From positions 1,302,001-1,366,000 of the forward strand of contig NC_134031.1 of assembly GCF_964204645.1 (NCBI RefSeq): DNA of 64,000 nucleotides, given 5' to 3'. The notes beneath the pieces were generated by a model that saw only the letters and a program-made list of their open reading frames with translations, made no database searches and was not told the DNA's origin. Positions 1 through 12,082 of this stretch are shown here, piece after piece. The translations under genes were made by a program, and so were the position numbers. The first letter of the stretch is position 1. Every line of letters starts with the position of its first letter. The stretch comes from Tubulanus polymorphus. Taxonomy: Eukaryota > Animalia > Nemertea.

Positions 1-81
1 ATTGCCTGTCATTATTTGCTGTTCAACTGTTTTTTACATTATTGAATAGTGTTACAGTCTCTTCTCCTTTTTAGATATTTT

Positions 82-214
82 CACAGGGGCTTGTCATAAT
101 TTGATGGAGGATGGATGACACCAGTATCCCTATATAAAAAAGAATCTTATCATTTTTATCTAAAAATCTTTTTTATATAGGGATACCTCTATCAAATTGT
201 GACAAGCCCCTGTG
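82..214. mobile_element. Palindromic MITE (CA..TG ends, 8-bp TSD; hAT/P-type signature)
   Basis: Starts CACAGGGGCTTGTCA, ends TGACAAGCCCCTGTG, internally palindromic; GATATTTT directly repeated at 74-81 and 215-222. Confidence 0.8.
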
Positions 215-1522
215 GATATTTTTACCAAGTTTTATTGTCAAATTATAGAATTCTAGACATTTACTGTTTTAAACAAAGTAAGTTTGTATGTATTTTACCA
301 CAACCGAATCCGTGACAAAATTATAGAAGCTTTAAAGACAAATTATGTAAAATTGCCTCATTTTGTTTTAACTGTTATCATCGTTATGTATGAATCGTTG
401 TTATAAAGTTCTTCATTGACGTCACACCTATTGCGTCATATTGGCCGTTTAATTGTTAGGGCCAGGTGCTCTTGGCGTCAATATGACGAGCTGTGACGTC
501 ACTCGAGGATTTACGTATCTAGTAGTATATTGTGTAGTTGCCAAATGAATGTATTTCGTAATCGTGTATGAATAAAATATGTTGACCTATTATCAAAAAA
601 CATCGTGGTGGACGTGTTCAATCTAATTTGTATTTTATAGGGGAATTGTCTGATTGGTCATCATTATCGTCATCGTTATCCCCGTTAATCTGGGGATGTG
701 ACCGCGTGATGCGGCGTTCATAAACATGACGTTGAAGATTGCAACAACAGTTTAAACTCCGCAGAGGGTTGGACTTTGAAAACTGGACACTAGAAGATTA
801 TGTTGTCCGGTAATCGAACTGGCCATAGTACCCATGGAGTAAGGGAGACTACTGAGAGTAATGAACAATCCCGAATCAGGAACTGCAGAATCCTGAAGAA
901 CAAGATGTTTCGATATTTGTTTGGAATTTTGTGGTTTCTACGGTACCCCTAGCTGTTTTTATTGCAAGTTCTGTTCTCTGATACTCGGCTCCTGTGGGTT
1001 CGTCTGTTACTTCTGATCTGGTCACATTCCACCTTACGACGGCTATAGTTCGTCAACAGTCGAAACGTTGTGGTCTCATATTGATAAAATTTCATCATAT
1101 ACATGTATAGAATTCTATTTTGGGATTTCTGCATTCAAGATCTACAGTTTACACGGATTAGAGTGTTTTATTCGACTTCTAAATTGAAGCTGTTTCGAGG
1201 CGCGTGAATTTATGCTGCATTCTTCCTGATGAATGAAAGCTTTGAATGAATCGCAAAGAAAATATATCGACAGTAAAATTTTGAATTCAATTTCAAAGTT
1301 AAGAAAAGAATCTACATTAAAATTGAATCCAATTTGAAAGTGAATGTCAAACTAAAAGCCGATTGTATAGACATTGACACCTAATTCAATGCTCGGATTC
1401 TCAAACGCAAAAGCTAATACAATTTACTTCACTAAAGCTCAATATTCATCAGCTCATCAAGTTGTATCACACAGCATTTGATTTGATATCGCGGCTTCTG
1501 AAGAGAGAGATGCAACTCGGAC

Positions 1523-2473
1523 ATGAATCTTAACTCATCCCGACCGGTTTTCCTTTATTATACCGGTCTTATCCAGTCATTGCCTCGTTACGGTACGAAA
1601 CAACTGCGTGACATACAAACTGTAACTTTACCGATCATCGCCTTTTTCGGGATAATCGGAAATGTTTGTAGTTTTCTAGTGATGACAAGTAAGAAATTCC
1701 GTGTGTTTTCATACGCTCAATATTTAGCAGCGCTTTCTGTTTTTGATACTTTAACTCTGATAGGTTACACTTTACCTTGCATTAATTACGCATCGTATCC
1801 AAATATTTTAGTTCAATTTTACAATCCGGAAATGTGTAAAATATATGAATATATTCTCGCAGTTTTGGATGCGATAAGTTCATGGTTAGTGATCGTTATC
1901 AGCGCAGAGCGTTTGTCTATTGTCGTTTGGCCATTTGCGGCGAGGAGAATTGCGACACCGTCATTTTCACGTAAAGTTATGTTCGTCCTATTCATATTGA
2001 TTTCAGTCGTTTTTATTTTCCTACTCGTCCACGCTGATTACAATGAAATAAGAAATCTGTGCTATGTTTCGAGTTATTGGGGATTCGTTTATTTTACAGT
2101 CTGTCCTATCGTATCTATTTTCATACCTAATGTACTTATTTTCACACTGAATTTTATTCTAGTGATAACTTTACGAAAATCTCGATCTTTCGGGGACAGC
2201 AACAAAAAAGAAATATCAAATAGAAAGGTTGCAATTGTTGTGATTTCAGTGAGTGTCTGCTTTGTTATACTAACGTTTCCTATTATGACTGTTGGGGCAT
2301 TATATAGTGCTTTTTCATATGCGGTCAGTTTCTTCGTGTCGACTATGATGACTACAATATATGTCGTGAACAAAGCCATTAATTTCTACATATATCTTTT
2401 AACGGGCGATGAAATCAGACAGTTTATCCTAAACAAGGCAAAAGAGCTATGCAACAAGCACAAGTCGATTTGA
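1523..2473 (+). CDS. Intronless class A (rhodopsin-like) GPCR, FMRFamide-receptor-like/chemoreceptor-type, paralog 1
   Basis: 316 aa, seven hydrophobic segments; TM1 GN, TM2 LxxxD (LSVFD), TM3 ERL (DRY variant), TM3/ECL2 cysteines, TM6 LTFP, TM7 NFYIY (NPxxY variant). Confidence 0.92.
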   Translation: MNLNSSRPVFLYYTGLIQSLPRYGTKQLRDIQTVTLPIIAFFGIIGNVCSFLVMTSKKFRVFSYAQYLAALSVFDTLTLIGYTLPCINYASYPNILVQFYNPEMCKIYEYILAVLDAISSWLVIVISAERLSIVVWPFAARRIATPSFSRKVMFVLFILISVVFIFLLVHADYNEIRNLCYVSSYWGFVYFTVCPIVSIFIPNVLIFTLNFILVITLRKSRSFGDSNKKEISNRKVAIVVISVSVCFVILTFPIMTVGALYSAFSYAVSFFVSTMMTTIYVVNKAINFYIYLLTGDEIRQFILNKAKELCNKHKSI

Positions 2474-2872
2474 CGTCGTTATCTGTTTTCAAGTAACGAT
2501 GAAATCCAGTTTCGTTAAGTACTTCTCATACCGAAGTGCTGCAGTTTTTTCAGCAAGGTATTGTGATCTAGAGCTTTTGGTCGATCGAGAAAAATCCAAA
2601 TAGTTTATATTAGTTTGGTTATAGGGATCGATGGCTTTGGAAGATCGATGTTAAAGTTCTAATAAATGCGTGTTCTTTGAAATGGCCTCGAAGGAAGCCA
2701 TATTGATGAGGAAATAGCTCGTCGTTTGAATATCTTATTTTATGTTTGTATATGTTTTGACTTTATTTTGTTAAATTATATAAACGCTGTTCGCTAAGTT
2801 TCCGTGCAGCAATAACAATGAACACATTTTATGAGAGAGATCAATTCAAAATTAGAGTGAGAAAGAAAAAAC

Positions 2873-3005
2873 CAGGGGCCAGTTGCTCAAAAGTTGGTTA
2901 AAGATAACCGGCCGTTAAATACCATAGTAACAATGAAATTTCAATTGTCACCATATCAACTATCCACTGGTTAACTCTAACCAACCTTTGAGCAACCGGC
3001 CCCTG
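2873..3005. mobile_element. PIF/Harbinger (Tourist)-like palindromic MITE
   Basis: CAGGGGCCAGTTGCTCAAA...TTTGAGCAACCGGCCCCTG; related GGGCC/GGACC-ended ~110-140-bp hairpins at ~26492-26605, 48582-48693, 54345-54483, 55928-56062, 63478-63566. Confidence 0.7.
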
Positions 3006-4249
3006 GTTGATAACTGACAGGAGAGTATACACAGAAAATACTTATATCCTAAATTAGTACAGGTTTTATATAGGTTCGCTTCTGTGAATTTGGCAGCATT
3101 TTTAAAAAATCATTTTTCATTGAATAAATAAAACTTTCGTTTCCAAACTGTAAAATCTGATATTATGATTTGGATGTTATATTTCGGCTCATAAAGTAAT
3201 TATCTGCGACTGGAGAGATTTCGGAAAGTTTCATGAGGATGTTTCAAACAGTGGTTTTACGAGGATTATGCTTGTATTGGAACTGTATTAGAACAGTTTT
3301 GCAGTCTACTCTTACATTGGCCGTATATCCGTGACTTTACTACAGTTAGGGCCACGGCCAATATGACGATGAATGTATTTCATGATAGTGTATAAATGAA
3401 ATATGGTGGCCTATTAAATAAAATCGTGGTGAGCGTGTTAAATCTGATTTGTATTTTATAGAGGAATTGTCTGATTGGTCATCATTATCGTCATCGTTAT
3501 TCTCATCCCAAAATTGTATGGAAGGAGGTTTGGGTATCACATTCGCTGCCTGGTCCTGTTATTCCGGGAATGTGACCACGTGATGCGGCGTTCATAAACC
3601 AACAGTTTAAACCCCGCAGAGGGTTGGACTTAGAAAACTTGAGACTAGAAGATTATGTTGTCCGGTAATCGAACTGACCATAGTACGCATGGAGTAAGGG
3701 AGGGACAGACTACTGAGAGTAATGACCAATACCGAATCAGGAACTGCAGAATCCCGAGGAACAAGATGTTTCGATATTTGTTTGGAATTTTGTAGTGTTT
3801 TTACGGTACCCCTAGTTGTTTTTATTCCTAGTTCTGTTCTCTGATACTCAGCTCCTGTGGGTTCCATCGTCACTTCTGTTTCTGGTCACATTCCACCTGA
3901 TGACGGCTGTAGTTCGTCAACAGTCGAAATTCAGCGGTTTCATTTCGACACATTTTATCATATATAAAATTCTATTGTGAGACTTCAATTCATTTATCTA
4001 CAGTTTTCAGAGATTGGAGGGTTTTTTTAAAATTCTGCATCATGAATTTACGTTTTATTCATCGTGATGGATCGGACGAAATATAAACACGTGAAGAGAA
4101 GAAATCGACATTAGAATTTGAAATTACATTCAAAATAAAATCAAATCGTGTAGAAAGTGACGCAGCTACTAATATAATGTATTAGAGCGCATTCACAAAA
4201 GCAAAACGTTGATTTACTTCACCTCGTAAAGCGCGCATTCATCGGAAAC

Positions 4250-5197
4250 ATGAATCACTCATCTCGGCAGATTTTCCTTTATTTTACCGCAAGTCTTACA
4301 CAGTTACCTCGTTCAGGCGCGGAACAACTGCGTGATATACAAACTATAGCTTTACCGATCATCGCCTTTTTCGGAATAATCGGAAATGTTTGTAGTTTTC
4401 TAGTGATGACAAGTAAGAAATTCCGTGTGTTTTCATACGCTCAATATTTAGCAGCGCTTTCTGTCTTTGATACTTTAACTCTGATAGGTTACACTTTACC
4501 TTTCGTGAATTACGCGTCCTACCCAAACATTTTACTCCAATTTTATAATCTTGTTATGTGTAGAATATATGAATATCTTTTCGCAGTTGTAGATACGATA
4601 AGTTCGTGGTTAGTGATCGTTATCAGCGCAGAGCGTTTGTCTATTGTCGTTTGGCCATTTGCGGCGAGGAGAATTGCGACACCGTCATTTTCACGTAAAG
4701 TTATGTTCGTCCTATTCACATTGATTTCAGCTGTTTTTATTTTTCTACTCGTCCACGCTGATTACGATGAAATTAATAATGTGTGCTATCTTTCCGTATA
4801 TTGGGGATTCCTGTACTACACAGTCGGGCCAATGATCACTATTTTCATACCTAACGCACTTATTTTCATACTGAATTTAACTCTAGTGATAACTTTACGG
4901 AAATCTCGATCTTTCGGTGACAGCAACAAAAAAGAAATATCAAATAGAAAAGCTACAATTGTTGTGATTTCACTGTGTTTTTGCTATGTAATCTTAACTT
5001 CTCCTAATATGGCAATTGTAACATTATTTGTTGTTTTTACCTATAGGGTCAGTTTCTCCGTTGTGAGTGTGCTTACTACTTTATATGTCGTGAACAAAGC
5101 CATCAATTTCTATATATATCTTTTAACGGGCGATGAAATTAGACAGTTTATCATTAAAAAGGCAAAAGCGACATGCAACAAGCGCGATGCGATCTGA
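4250..5197 (+). CDS. Intronless class A GPCR, paralog 2
   Basis: 315 aa; same motifs as paralog 1; long nucleotide-identical blocks shared with the other copies. Confidence 0.92.
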   Translation: MNHSSRQIFLYFTASLTQLPRSGAEQLRDIQTIALPIIAFFGIIGNVCSFLVMTSKKFRVFSYAQYLAALSVFDTLTLIGYTLPFVNYASYPNILLQFYNLVMCRIYEYLFAVVDTISSWLVIVISAERLSIVVWPFAARRIATPSFSRKVMFVLFTLISAVFIFLLVHADYDEINNVCYLSVYWGFLYYTVGPMITIFIPNALIFILNLTLVITLRKSRSFGDSNKKEISNRKATIVVISLCFCYVILTSPNMAIVTLFVVFTYRVSFSVVSVLTTLYVVNKAINFYIYLLTGDEIRQFIIKKAKATCNKRDAI

Positions 5198-6665
5198 CGT
5201 AATGTTGTCTGTTTTCAATGAGTGATGAAGAAGGGCTGGAGTTTCTTTAGCAGGTGCGATCTAGAGTATCAAAAGCATTCGAAAGATCTAGAGAGTGTGT
5301 GTAGTGTATTTGTGTTTGGATTGTGATCGATGGATTTGAAAATTCGATCTTCAAGTTTTGATATTGCGTGTTCTGTGATATGGCCTTGACGGAAGCCATA
5401 TTGGCGAGGAATATCTTCGTTGTTTGAATATGCTTTTTGGTTAATATAAATTTTTTGACTTACATTACTATTTATATCCTAAAAGTTTAATACAGGCTTC
5501 TTTGCATTTAGCAGCATTTAAAATTATTATTCACTGAATAAATAAAACTGTCGTTTCCAAACAGAAAAATCTCACATTTGGATGGTATATTTTGACTCAT
5601 AAAGTTTTTGTTGCGCTGTATTAGAAAATGTTTGCAGTCTACTTTTGCATTGGCCGTATATCCGTGACTTTACTTCAGTTAGGGCCACGGCCAATATGAC
5701 GAGCTGTGACATCACTTAGTAGCCAGTTGTGTACGTAGGTGTTGTCAAATGAATGTATTTCATAATAGTGTATAAATGAAATATGTAGACCTATTATTAA
5801 ATAACATCGTGGTGAAAGTGTTAAATCTGATTTGTATTTAATAGAGGAATTGTCTGATTGGTCATCATGTAATTCTTACCCCCATTGAATTTGTGTCGAA
5901 GGAGGTTTGGGTATCACATTCGCTGCCTGGTCCTGATATTCCCGGCATGTGACCACGTGATGCGGCGTTCATAAACATGACGTTGAAGATTGCAACAACA
6001 GTTTAAACTCCGCAGAGGGTTGGACTTTGAAAACTGGACACTAGAAGATTATGTTGTCCGGTAATCGAACTGACCATACGTAGTACCCACAGAGAAAGGG
6101 GAGGGACATTTTACTGAGAGTAATGACCAATTCCGAATCAGGAACTGCAGAATCCTGAAGAACAAGGTCTTTCGGTATTTGTTTGGAATTTTGTGGTTTT
6201 ATTGCAAGTTCTGTTCTCTGATACTCGGCTCCTGTGGGTTCCTCCGTCACTTCTGTTTCTGGTCACATTCCACCTTATGACGGCCGTAGTTCGTCTACAG
6301 CCAAAACTTTGTAGTTTCATTTTGATAAGTTTTATCATATAAAACCATTCTATTGCGAGACTTCAATTCATTCAAGATTGAATTTTTTAATTCGACTTCT
6401 AAATTGGAGAACAAGTTGTGCAATTGCTTCAAGGCGCGTGTCGTGAATTTACGATGCATTCTTCTTGAAGAACGAAAGCACGAATCGCACCAACTAATTC
6501 GACGCACGAATTCAATGGGCGCATTCATGCAAAAGGTAACATAATTTACTTCACTTCGTGCAAAGCTCAATATAATATCCATCCTCTCATCAAGTTGTAG
6601 ATTACACAAAATTTGATGCGATATCGCGCGCCTTCTTCTGATGGGAGGGAAGATACACCTTGGAT

Positions 6666-7613
6666 ATGAATAATAACTCGTCTCCGCAGGTTTTCCTTTA
6701 TCATACAAGTCTTGCCTTGTTTTCTCGGTATAGCACGGAACAAATGCGTGACATACAAACTACAACTTTATTAATCATCGCCTTTTTCGGAATAATCGGA
6801 AATGTTTGTAGTTTTCTAGTGATGACAAGTAAGAAATTCCGCGTGTTTTCATACGCTCAATATTTAGCAGCGCTTTCTGTTTTTGATACTTTAACTCTGG
6901 TAGGTTACACTTTACCTTCCGTGAATTACGTGTCTCATCCAAACATTTTACTTCAATTCAACAACTCTGCAACGTGTAGAATGTATGAATATTTTTTCGT
7001 AGTTGTAGATACGATAAGTTCATGGTTAGTGATCGTTATCAGCGCAGAACGTTTGTCTATCGTCGTTTGGCCATTTGCGGCGAGGAGAATTGCGACACCG
7101 TCATTTACACGTAAAGTTATGTTCGTCCTATTTATATTGATTTCAGCTGTTTCTATTTACCTACTCGTCCACGTAAATTACGATGAAATGGGAAATTACT
7201 GCTACATCCCCATGTATTGGGGAGTCATATACTTTACAGTCGGGCCAATGATCACTATTTTCATACCGAATGCGCTTATCTTCATACTGAACTTTATTCT
7301 AGTGATAACTTTACGGAAATCTCGATCTTTCGGTGACAGCAACAAAAAAGAAATATCAAATAGAAAAGCTACAATTGTTGTGATTTCAGTGTGTGTCTGT
7401 TATATTATTTTAACGTTTCCTAATATGACAGTTGTAACGTTATACATCGTGTTTTCATATGTGGTCAGCACTTTCGTGTCGACTATGATAACTACTTTAT
7501 ATGCCGCAAACAAAGCCATCAATTTTTACATATATCTTTTGACGGGCGATGAAATCAGACAGTTTATTATAATCAAAGCAAAAGCGGCATGCAACAAGCG
7601 CAAAGCGATCTGA
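6666..7613 (+). CDS. Intronless class A GPCR, paralog 3
   Basis: ORF track starts at TTG 6660; first ATG at 6666; same 7TM motifs. Confidence 0.92.
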   Translation: MNNNSSPQVFLYHTSLALFSRYSTEQMRDIQTTTLLIIAFFGIIGNVCSFLVMTSKKFRVFSYAQYLAALSVFDTLTLVGYTLPSVNYVSHPNILLQFNNSATCRMYEYFFVVVDTISSWLVIVISAERLSIVVWPFAARRIATPSFTRKVMFVLFILISAVSIYLLVHVNYDEMGNYCYIPMYWGVIYFTVGPMITIFIPNALIFILNFILVITLRKSRSFGDSNKKEISNRKATIVVISVCVCYIILTFPNMTVVTLYIVFSYVVSTFVSTMITTLYAANKAINFYIYLLTGDEIRQFIIIKAKAACNKRKAI

Positions 7614-8631
7614 CGTCAATTTGGTTGATCACCGATGCCGAGGACCGTAAGATTACTTCAATCCTTCCTTTTGATTGCGGGTATGGGCGGCCATCTCGCC
7701 AAAAGGCAATGTTCCGTGTTCGTAGAAATGGCATCAATGCGTAAAAATATATCACTAGGTGGCGATACTAGATGTGAACCGGAAATTATCTAGAAAATGC
7801 TTTGGTTATGTCGTTCATGAATGAACACCTTGGACCTATCAGGAAAGTGTAATGAGAACAAGAACATTTCCCTGGATCTATCAATAATTTAACCCCAGCT
7901 GTGTAACCTCATACGAAGTTGAGAGCACGATAAGAATGAGGTGGAAAAATCGAATTTGTAATTCAAGGTTTAAAACATTGAATGTGATGTAACTATTTTT
8001 CATTTCTTTTTACGTGACATACAAGAAATCATTTCTTTCGTTTTGGTTTATACTTGTTGAGCATAGGAACTTTCACAGTTGATAATGTATTGGTCCACTG
8101 ACCAACTGATTCATTTTCTATGATACAGGGGTACAGTGGCTGGTCAATGATATTGTTTTTATCCATTCACCATCAATTGTCTCTCGCGTTGTTGATTTGT
8201 TCTTTTTCTCGGTTTTGCGTAATGCATTACTGAGCTAGGGCAAATAATACGCTCTCAAGTCAAGTTGAAATCGACCCGCGGGTAAAGGCAAAAGTCTCAA
8301 TCCCGCATCATTAAAGGGAAAATGCAGAATCTCGAAGAACAAGCTGTTGCGCAATACTTTACAGGCCAAGTCATATATTCATGTTGCATGCATCTTGACG
8401 AATAGAAGTATGAATCGCGAATAAAAGAAATCGACAGTAGAATTTGGAATTTGGAATCTTTGTAGAAAATTAACGCAGCTACTCATTTAGTGTATTAGAG
8501 CATTCACAAACGAAACCATTGATTTACTTCACTTTCTTAAGCACATTACAACATTCATCAGCTCATCAAGTTGTATCACACAGCATTTGATTTGATATCG
8601 CGGCTTCTGAAGGGAGAGATGCAACTCGGAC

Positions 8632-9585
8632 ATGAATCATTCATCTCTGCCGATTGTACTTTATTATACCGCAAGTCTTGCCCAATCGGCGCCTCGTTAC
8701 GGAACGAAACAACTGCGTGATATGCAAACTATAACTTTACCGATCATCGCCTTTTTCGGGATAATCGGAAATGTTTGTAGTTTTCTAGTGATGACAAGTA
8801 AGAAATTCCGTGTGTTTTCATACGCTCAATATTTAGCAGCGCTTTCTGTTTTTGATACTTTAACTCTGGTAGGTTACACTTTACCTTTCCTTAATTACGT
8901 ATCTTACCCAAACATTTTACTTCATTTCTACAACCCTGCCATAACGTGTAAAGTATATGAATATTTTTTCGCAGTTGTGGATACGATAAGTTCATGGTTA
9001 GTGATCGTTATCAGCGCAGAGCGTTTGTCTATTGTCGTTTGGCCATTTGCGGCGAGGAGAATTGCGACACCGTCATTTTCACGTAAAGTTATGTTCGTCC
9101 TATTCATATTGATTTCAGTCGTTTTCATTTTTCTACTCGTTCACGCTGGTCACGATAAAATTAGAAATCGTTGCTATATCCCCAGATATTGGGGAGCCGT
9201 ATACTACACAGTCGGGCCTATCGTCACTATTTTCATACCGAATGCGCTTATCTTCATACTGAATTTAATTCTAGTGATAACTTTACGGAAATCTCGATCT
9301 TTCGGTGACAGCAACAAAAAAGAAATATCAAATAGAAAAGCTACAATTGTTGTGATTTCAGTGTGTGTCTGTTTTATTATTTTAACGTTTCCTAATATGG
9401 CAGATATAACTTTGTACGTTGTTTTTGCATATGAGTCAGGTTTTTTCGTGTCGACTATGATGACTACAATATATATCGTTAACAAAGCCATCAATTTCTA
9501 CATTTATCTTTTAACGGGTGATGAAATTAGGCAGTTTTTCATAAACAAGGCAAAAGCGGCATGCCACAAGCGCAAAGCGATCTGA
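8632..9585 (+). CDS. Intronless class A GPCR, paralog 4
   Basis: 317 aa; same 7TM motifs. Confidence 0.92.
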   Translation: MNHSSLPIVLYYTASLAQSAPRYGTKQLRDMQTITLPIIAFFGIIGNVCSFLVMTSKKFRVFSYAQYLAALSVFDTLTLVGYTLPFLNYVSYPNILLHFYNPAITCKVYEYFFAVVDTISSWLVIVISAERLSIVVWPFAARRIATPSFSRKVMFVLFILISVVFIFLLVHAGHDKIRNRCYIPRYWGAVYYTVGPIVTIFIPNALIFILNLILVITLRKSRSFGDSNKKEISNRKATIVVISVCVCFIILTFPNMADITLYVVFAYESGFFVSTMMTTIYIVNKAINFYIYLLTGDEIRQFFINKAKAACHKRKAI

Positions 9586-11015
9586 CGTCATAGGTTCCTC
9601 TTATCCCAGAGTGTTTGAGTTTCTTTTTGAGGGATCTTCGAGCATTATCATTTTCAGATCTGGAGTATCAAAAGCTTTCGAAAGATCTATACAATCACAA
9701 TAGCGTATTTGTGTTTGGATAGAGATCGATAGATTTGGAAATACGATCTAATTACAATTAGTTCTAATAATATTGCATGCTCTGGGAATGGCCTTAACAG
9801 AAGCCATATTGATGAGATGATGAAAAAATTCGTTGTTTAAATATTCTATTTCTTTGTTTATATAAACTTTGATATATTGTTTATTGTTAACTTGTAGAAA
9901 TGCGGTTCGCTAAGCTAAATGGTGTACAATTTCATAAGACAGATCAAATCAAAAACTGAGTGAGAAAAAAAGAAAGAAATGTCGGGTTAATCGCAGACAG
10001 AAGAGTACGCACAGAAAATAACCGTACTTACATCCAAAATGAGTAAAGGTTTATATAGATCAAAATTAGTAAAGGTTATATATAGAATACAGGTTCGCTT
10101 CCATGGATTTAGCAGTATCTAAAATCATTTTTAGATTTCCTGAATAAGTAAAAGTGTCGTTTCCAAACAGCAAAATCTGACATTACGATTTGGATGTTAT
10201 ATTTCGACTCATAAAGCGACTGGAGAGATTTCATCAACTTTCATGAGTATAACAGTGGGTATATATAGGTTATGCTTGCACTTAGAAATTCATGAAATTT
10301 TCGTTGCATTTTATTAGAAAAAAAAATTGCAGTTTACTCTAACACAAAAGCGACAGAAAGGATCTTGAAAAGTATGGTCTCGTAGGCGTACGCTAAGGAG
10401 CAGGTACACATCCTCAACCTATATAGGCATACCTCTGCTCTTAGCGATGCACGTACGTAGAACAAGGAGCATACTGTCTTGGTGTTATATACGTTGAACA
10501 TTACTTTAAAATTGACAGAAGGTTGATGGTACTTTTTGAATTTCTACCTGTTATTCCACACTTCGATTAAATTCGTAATAGGCCAGTTACTACATTTTTG
10601 GGACACACCAACTGGTAAGTGAAATGCTAGCGGGGACCTTAAGTTGTTAGTCGAAATATTTCTATATTGCTCGACTAACGCAGATACGTAAGGGCGAATT
10701 ATACCTTTTTCTTGCTTATAGATATTTTGTGACGCTCAATGCATCTTGAAGCAAGAGTTTGCCAGTTAAAAATACTCCACGAGATTTGCGTTAGGTTTGG
10801 AAAAACCAGTTAAGTTTTGAAGATTTTTTATAAGACTCATTAGAATTTCATAAGTTTTAAAAGACTAACACTGATAAAACTGAATTACGCAAGAAATACA
10901 ATAACGAAACCTCATCCATAGGCGATGAATTAGTTGAAATGGATTTTTATTGATGCTTGCATTTCAGGAGAATATTTACATCGAATATTTGTGCTGATAC
11001 GATCCACAGAACATC

Positions 11016-12082
11016 ATGTCAACGACATTCAAACAAGAATTTCGGTGCCGTAATTTCGGTTTTGGATATTTTCGAGATGACTATTTTTATCTTTCTCAGG
11101 TGCGTGTCCTTGTGGTAAAGTGATAAACTGTATAAACAGTGGAAAGTCGCTAATACGAATCTTGTGGCCAAAAATGAAATTGTTGTATTAAACATGTTTC
11201 GTTTTATCCCAAATCTTGATTGATATAAATATCTTAGTTAAGATATGCTGGAGATCATCCTTATAAACGAGGTTCGACTGTATTATGTGTGTCTCACTTT
11301 CATTATGAAATGAATGATTTTTCGTTTTTCAGTGGAATTTGCCTCCAATTATTTTCCTGATATATCGATTCCTTGTGAGTGCGTATGTGTTTGGTTGGTT
11401 TGTTTACTCTTTATCCAAATCGCTCTACTTTATGATAACTTTGACGACGTGGTCGTTCCTGATATTAGCTCTACATCTTCTGTTGGCGTTCATCAATTCC
11501 AGTTGTCGTGTTCTACGCGAGAAACGAAGCTGTTTTCGTCGACCGCGCGATGAATCCGATCCATTTAGTTTAGAAATGGCTGAATCAAGTTGTTCAACCC
11601 CGGAACGAACCGTTGACGGAAGCGAAGTAGACATCGTCTCATCTCATACCATTCCGTGGAATTTCAAACTAGATTGGTTACTGTATTCGATATGTTCGGT
11701 TGCGGCGATTATGGTCACAACAGTCTATTATGCATTGCTGTTTCCTACAGGCCAACAAGCCCCGAGCGTTAGGGATATCAACGTACACATCATGAATTCG
11801 GTAATAGTTTTTCTAGAAATTCTACTCGCTGCATATCCTGTAAGGTTACTTCATTTCATATATCCAGTCAGTTATGGGCTTATTTATGTAATGTTTAGTG
11901 CCATTTTTTGGAGCTTTGATCCGGAGAGAAATGTTTTGTACCCGGGAGTTCTCGATTGGAATAATCCTAAAACGACCACCGGAATGGTCGTCGGTATTGC
12001 GGTTTTTATGATTGTATTACACCTAATTCTTTATGGTATTTTCAGGTTGAAAGTATTTTTATACAATCGGTTTCTGATATGA
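11016..12082 (+). CDS. Protein rolling stone-like multi-pass membrane protein (2 coding exons: 11016-11099, 11333-12082)
   Basis: Exon 1 MSTTFKQEFRCRNFGF...YLSQ, GT..AG intron, exon 2 in frame WNLPPIIFLIYR...LTTW...KLDWLLYSI...VTTVYY...HIMNS...PVRLLHFIYP...LYPGVLDWNNP, the rolling-stone-family pattern. Confidence 0.8.

Noticed and set aside
2368-2394. TM7 lysine suggesting the GPCRs are opsins
   Set aside because: The Lys is 3 residues before N7.49 (7.46); the retinal-binding Lys is at 7.43, and other opsin features are not evident.
3607-3873. Antisense ORFs upstream of the GPCRs (IGHYSQ resembling a CAP/SCP motif)
   Set aside because: Stops on both sides of the motif, frames differ between copies, no further family motifs.
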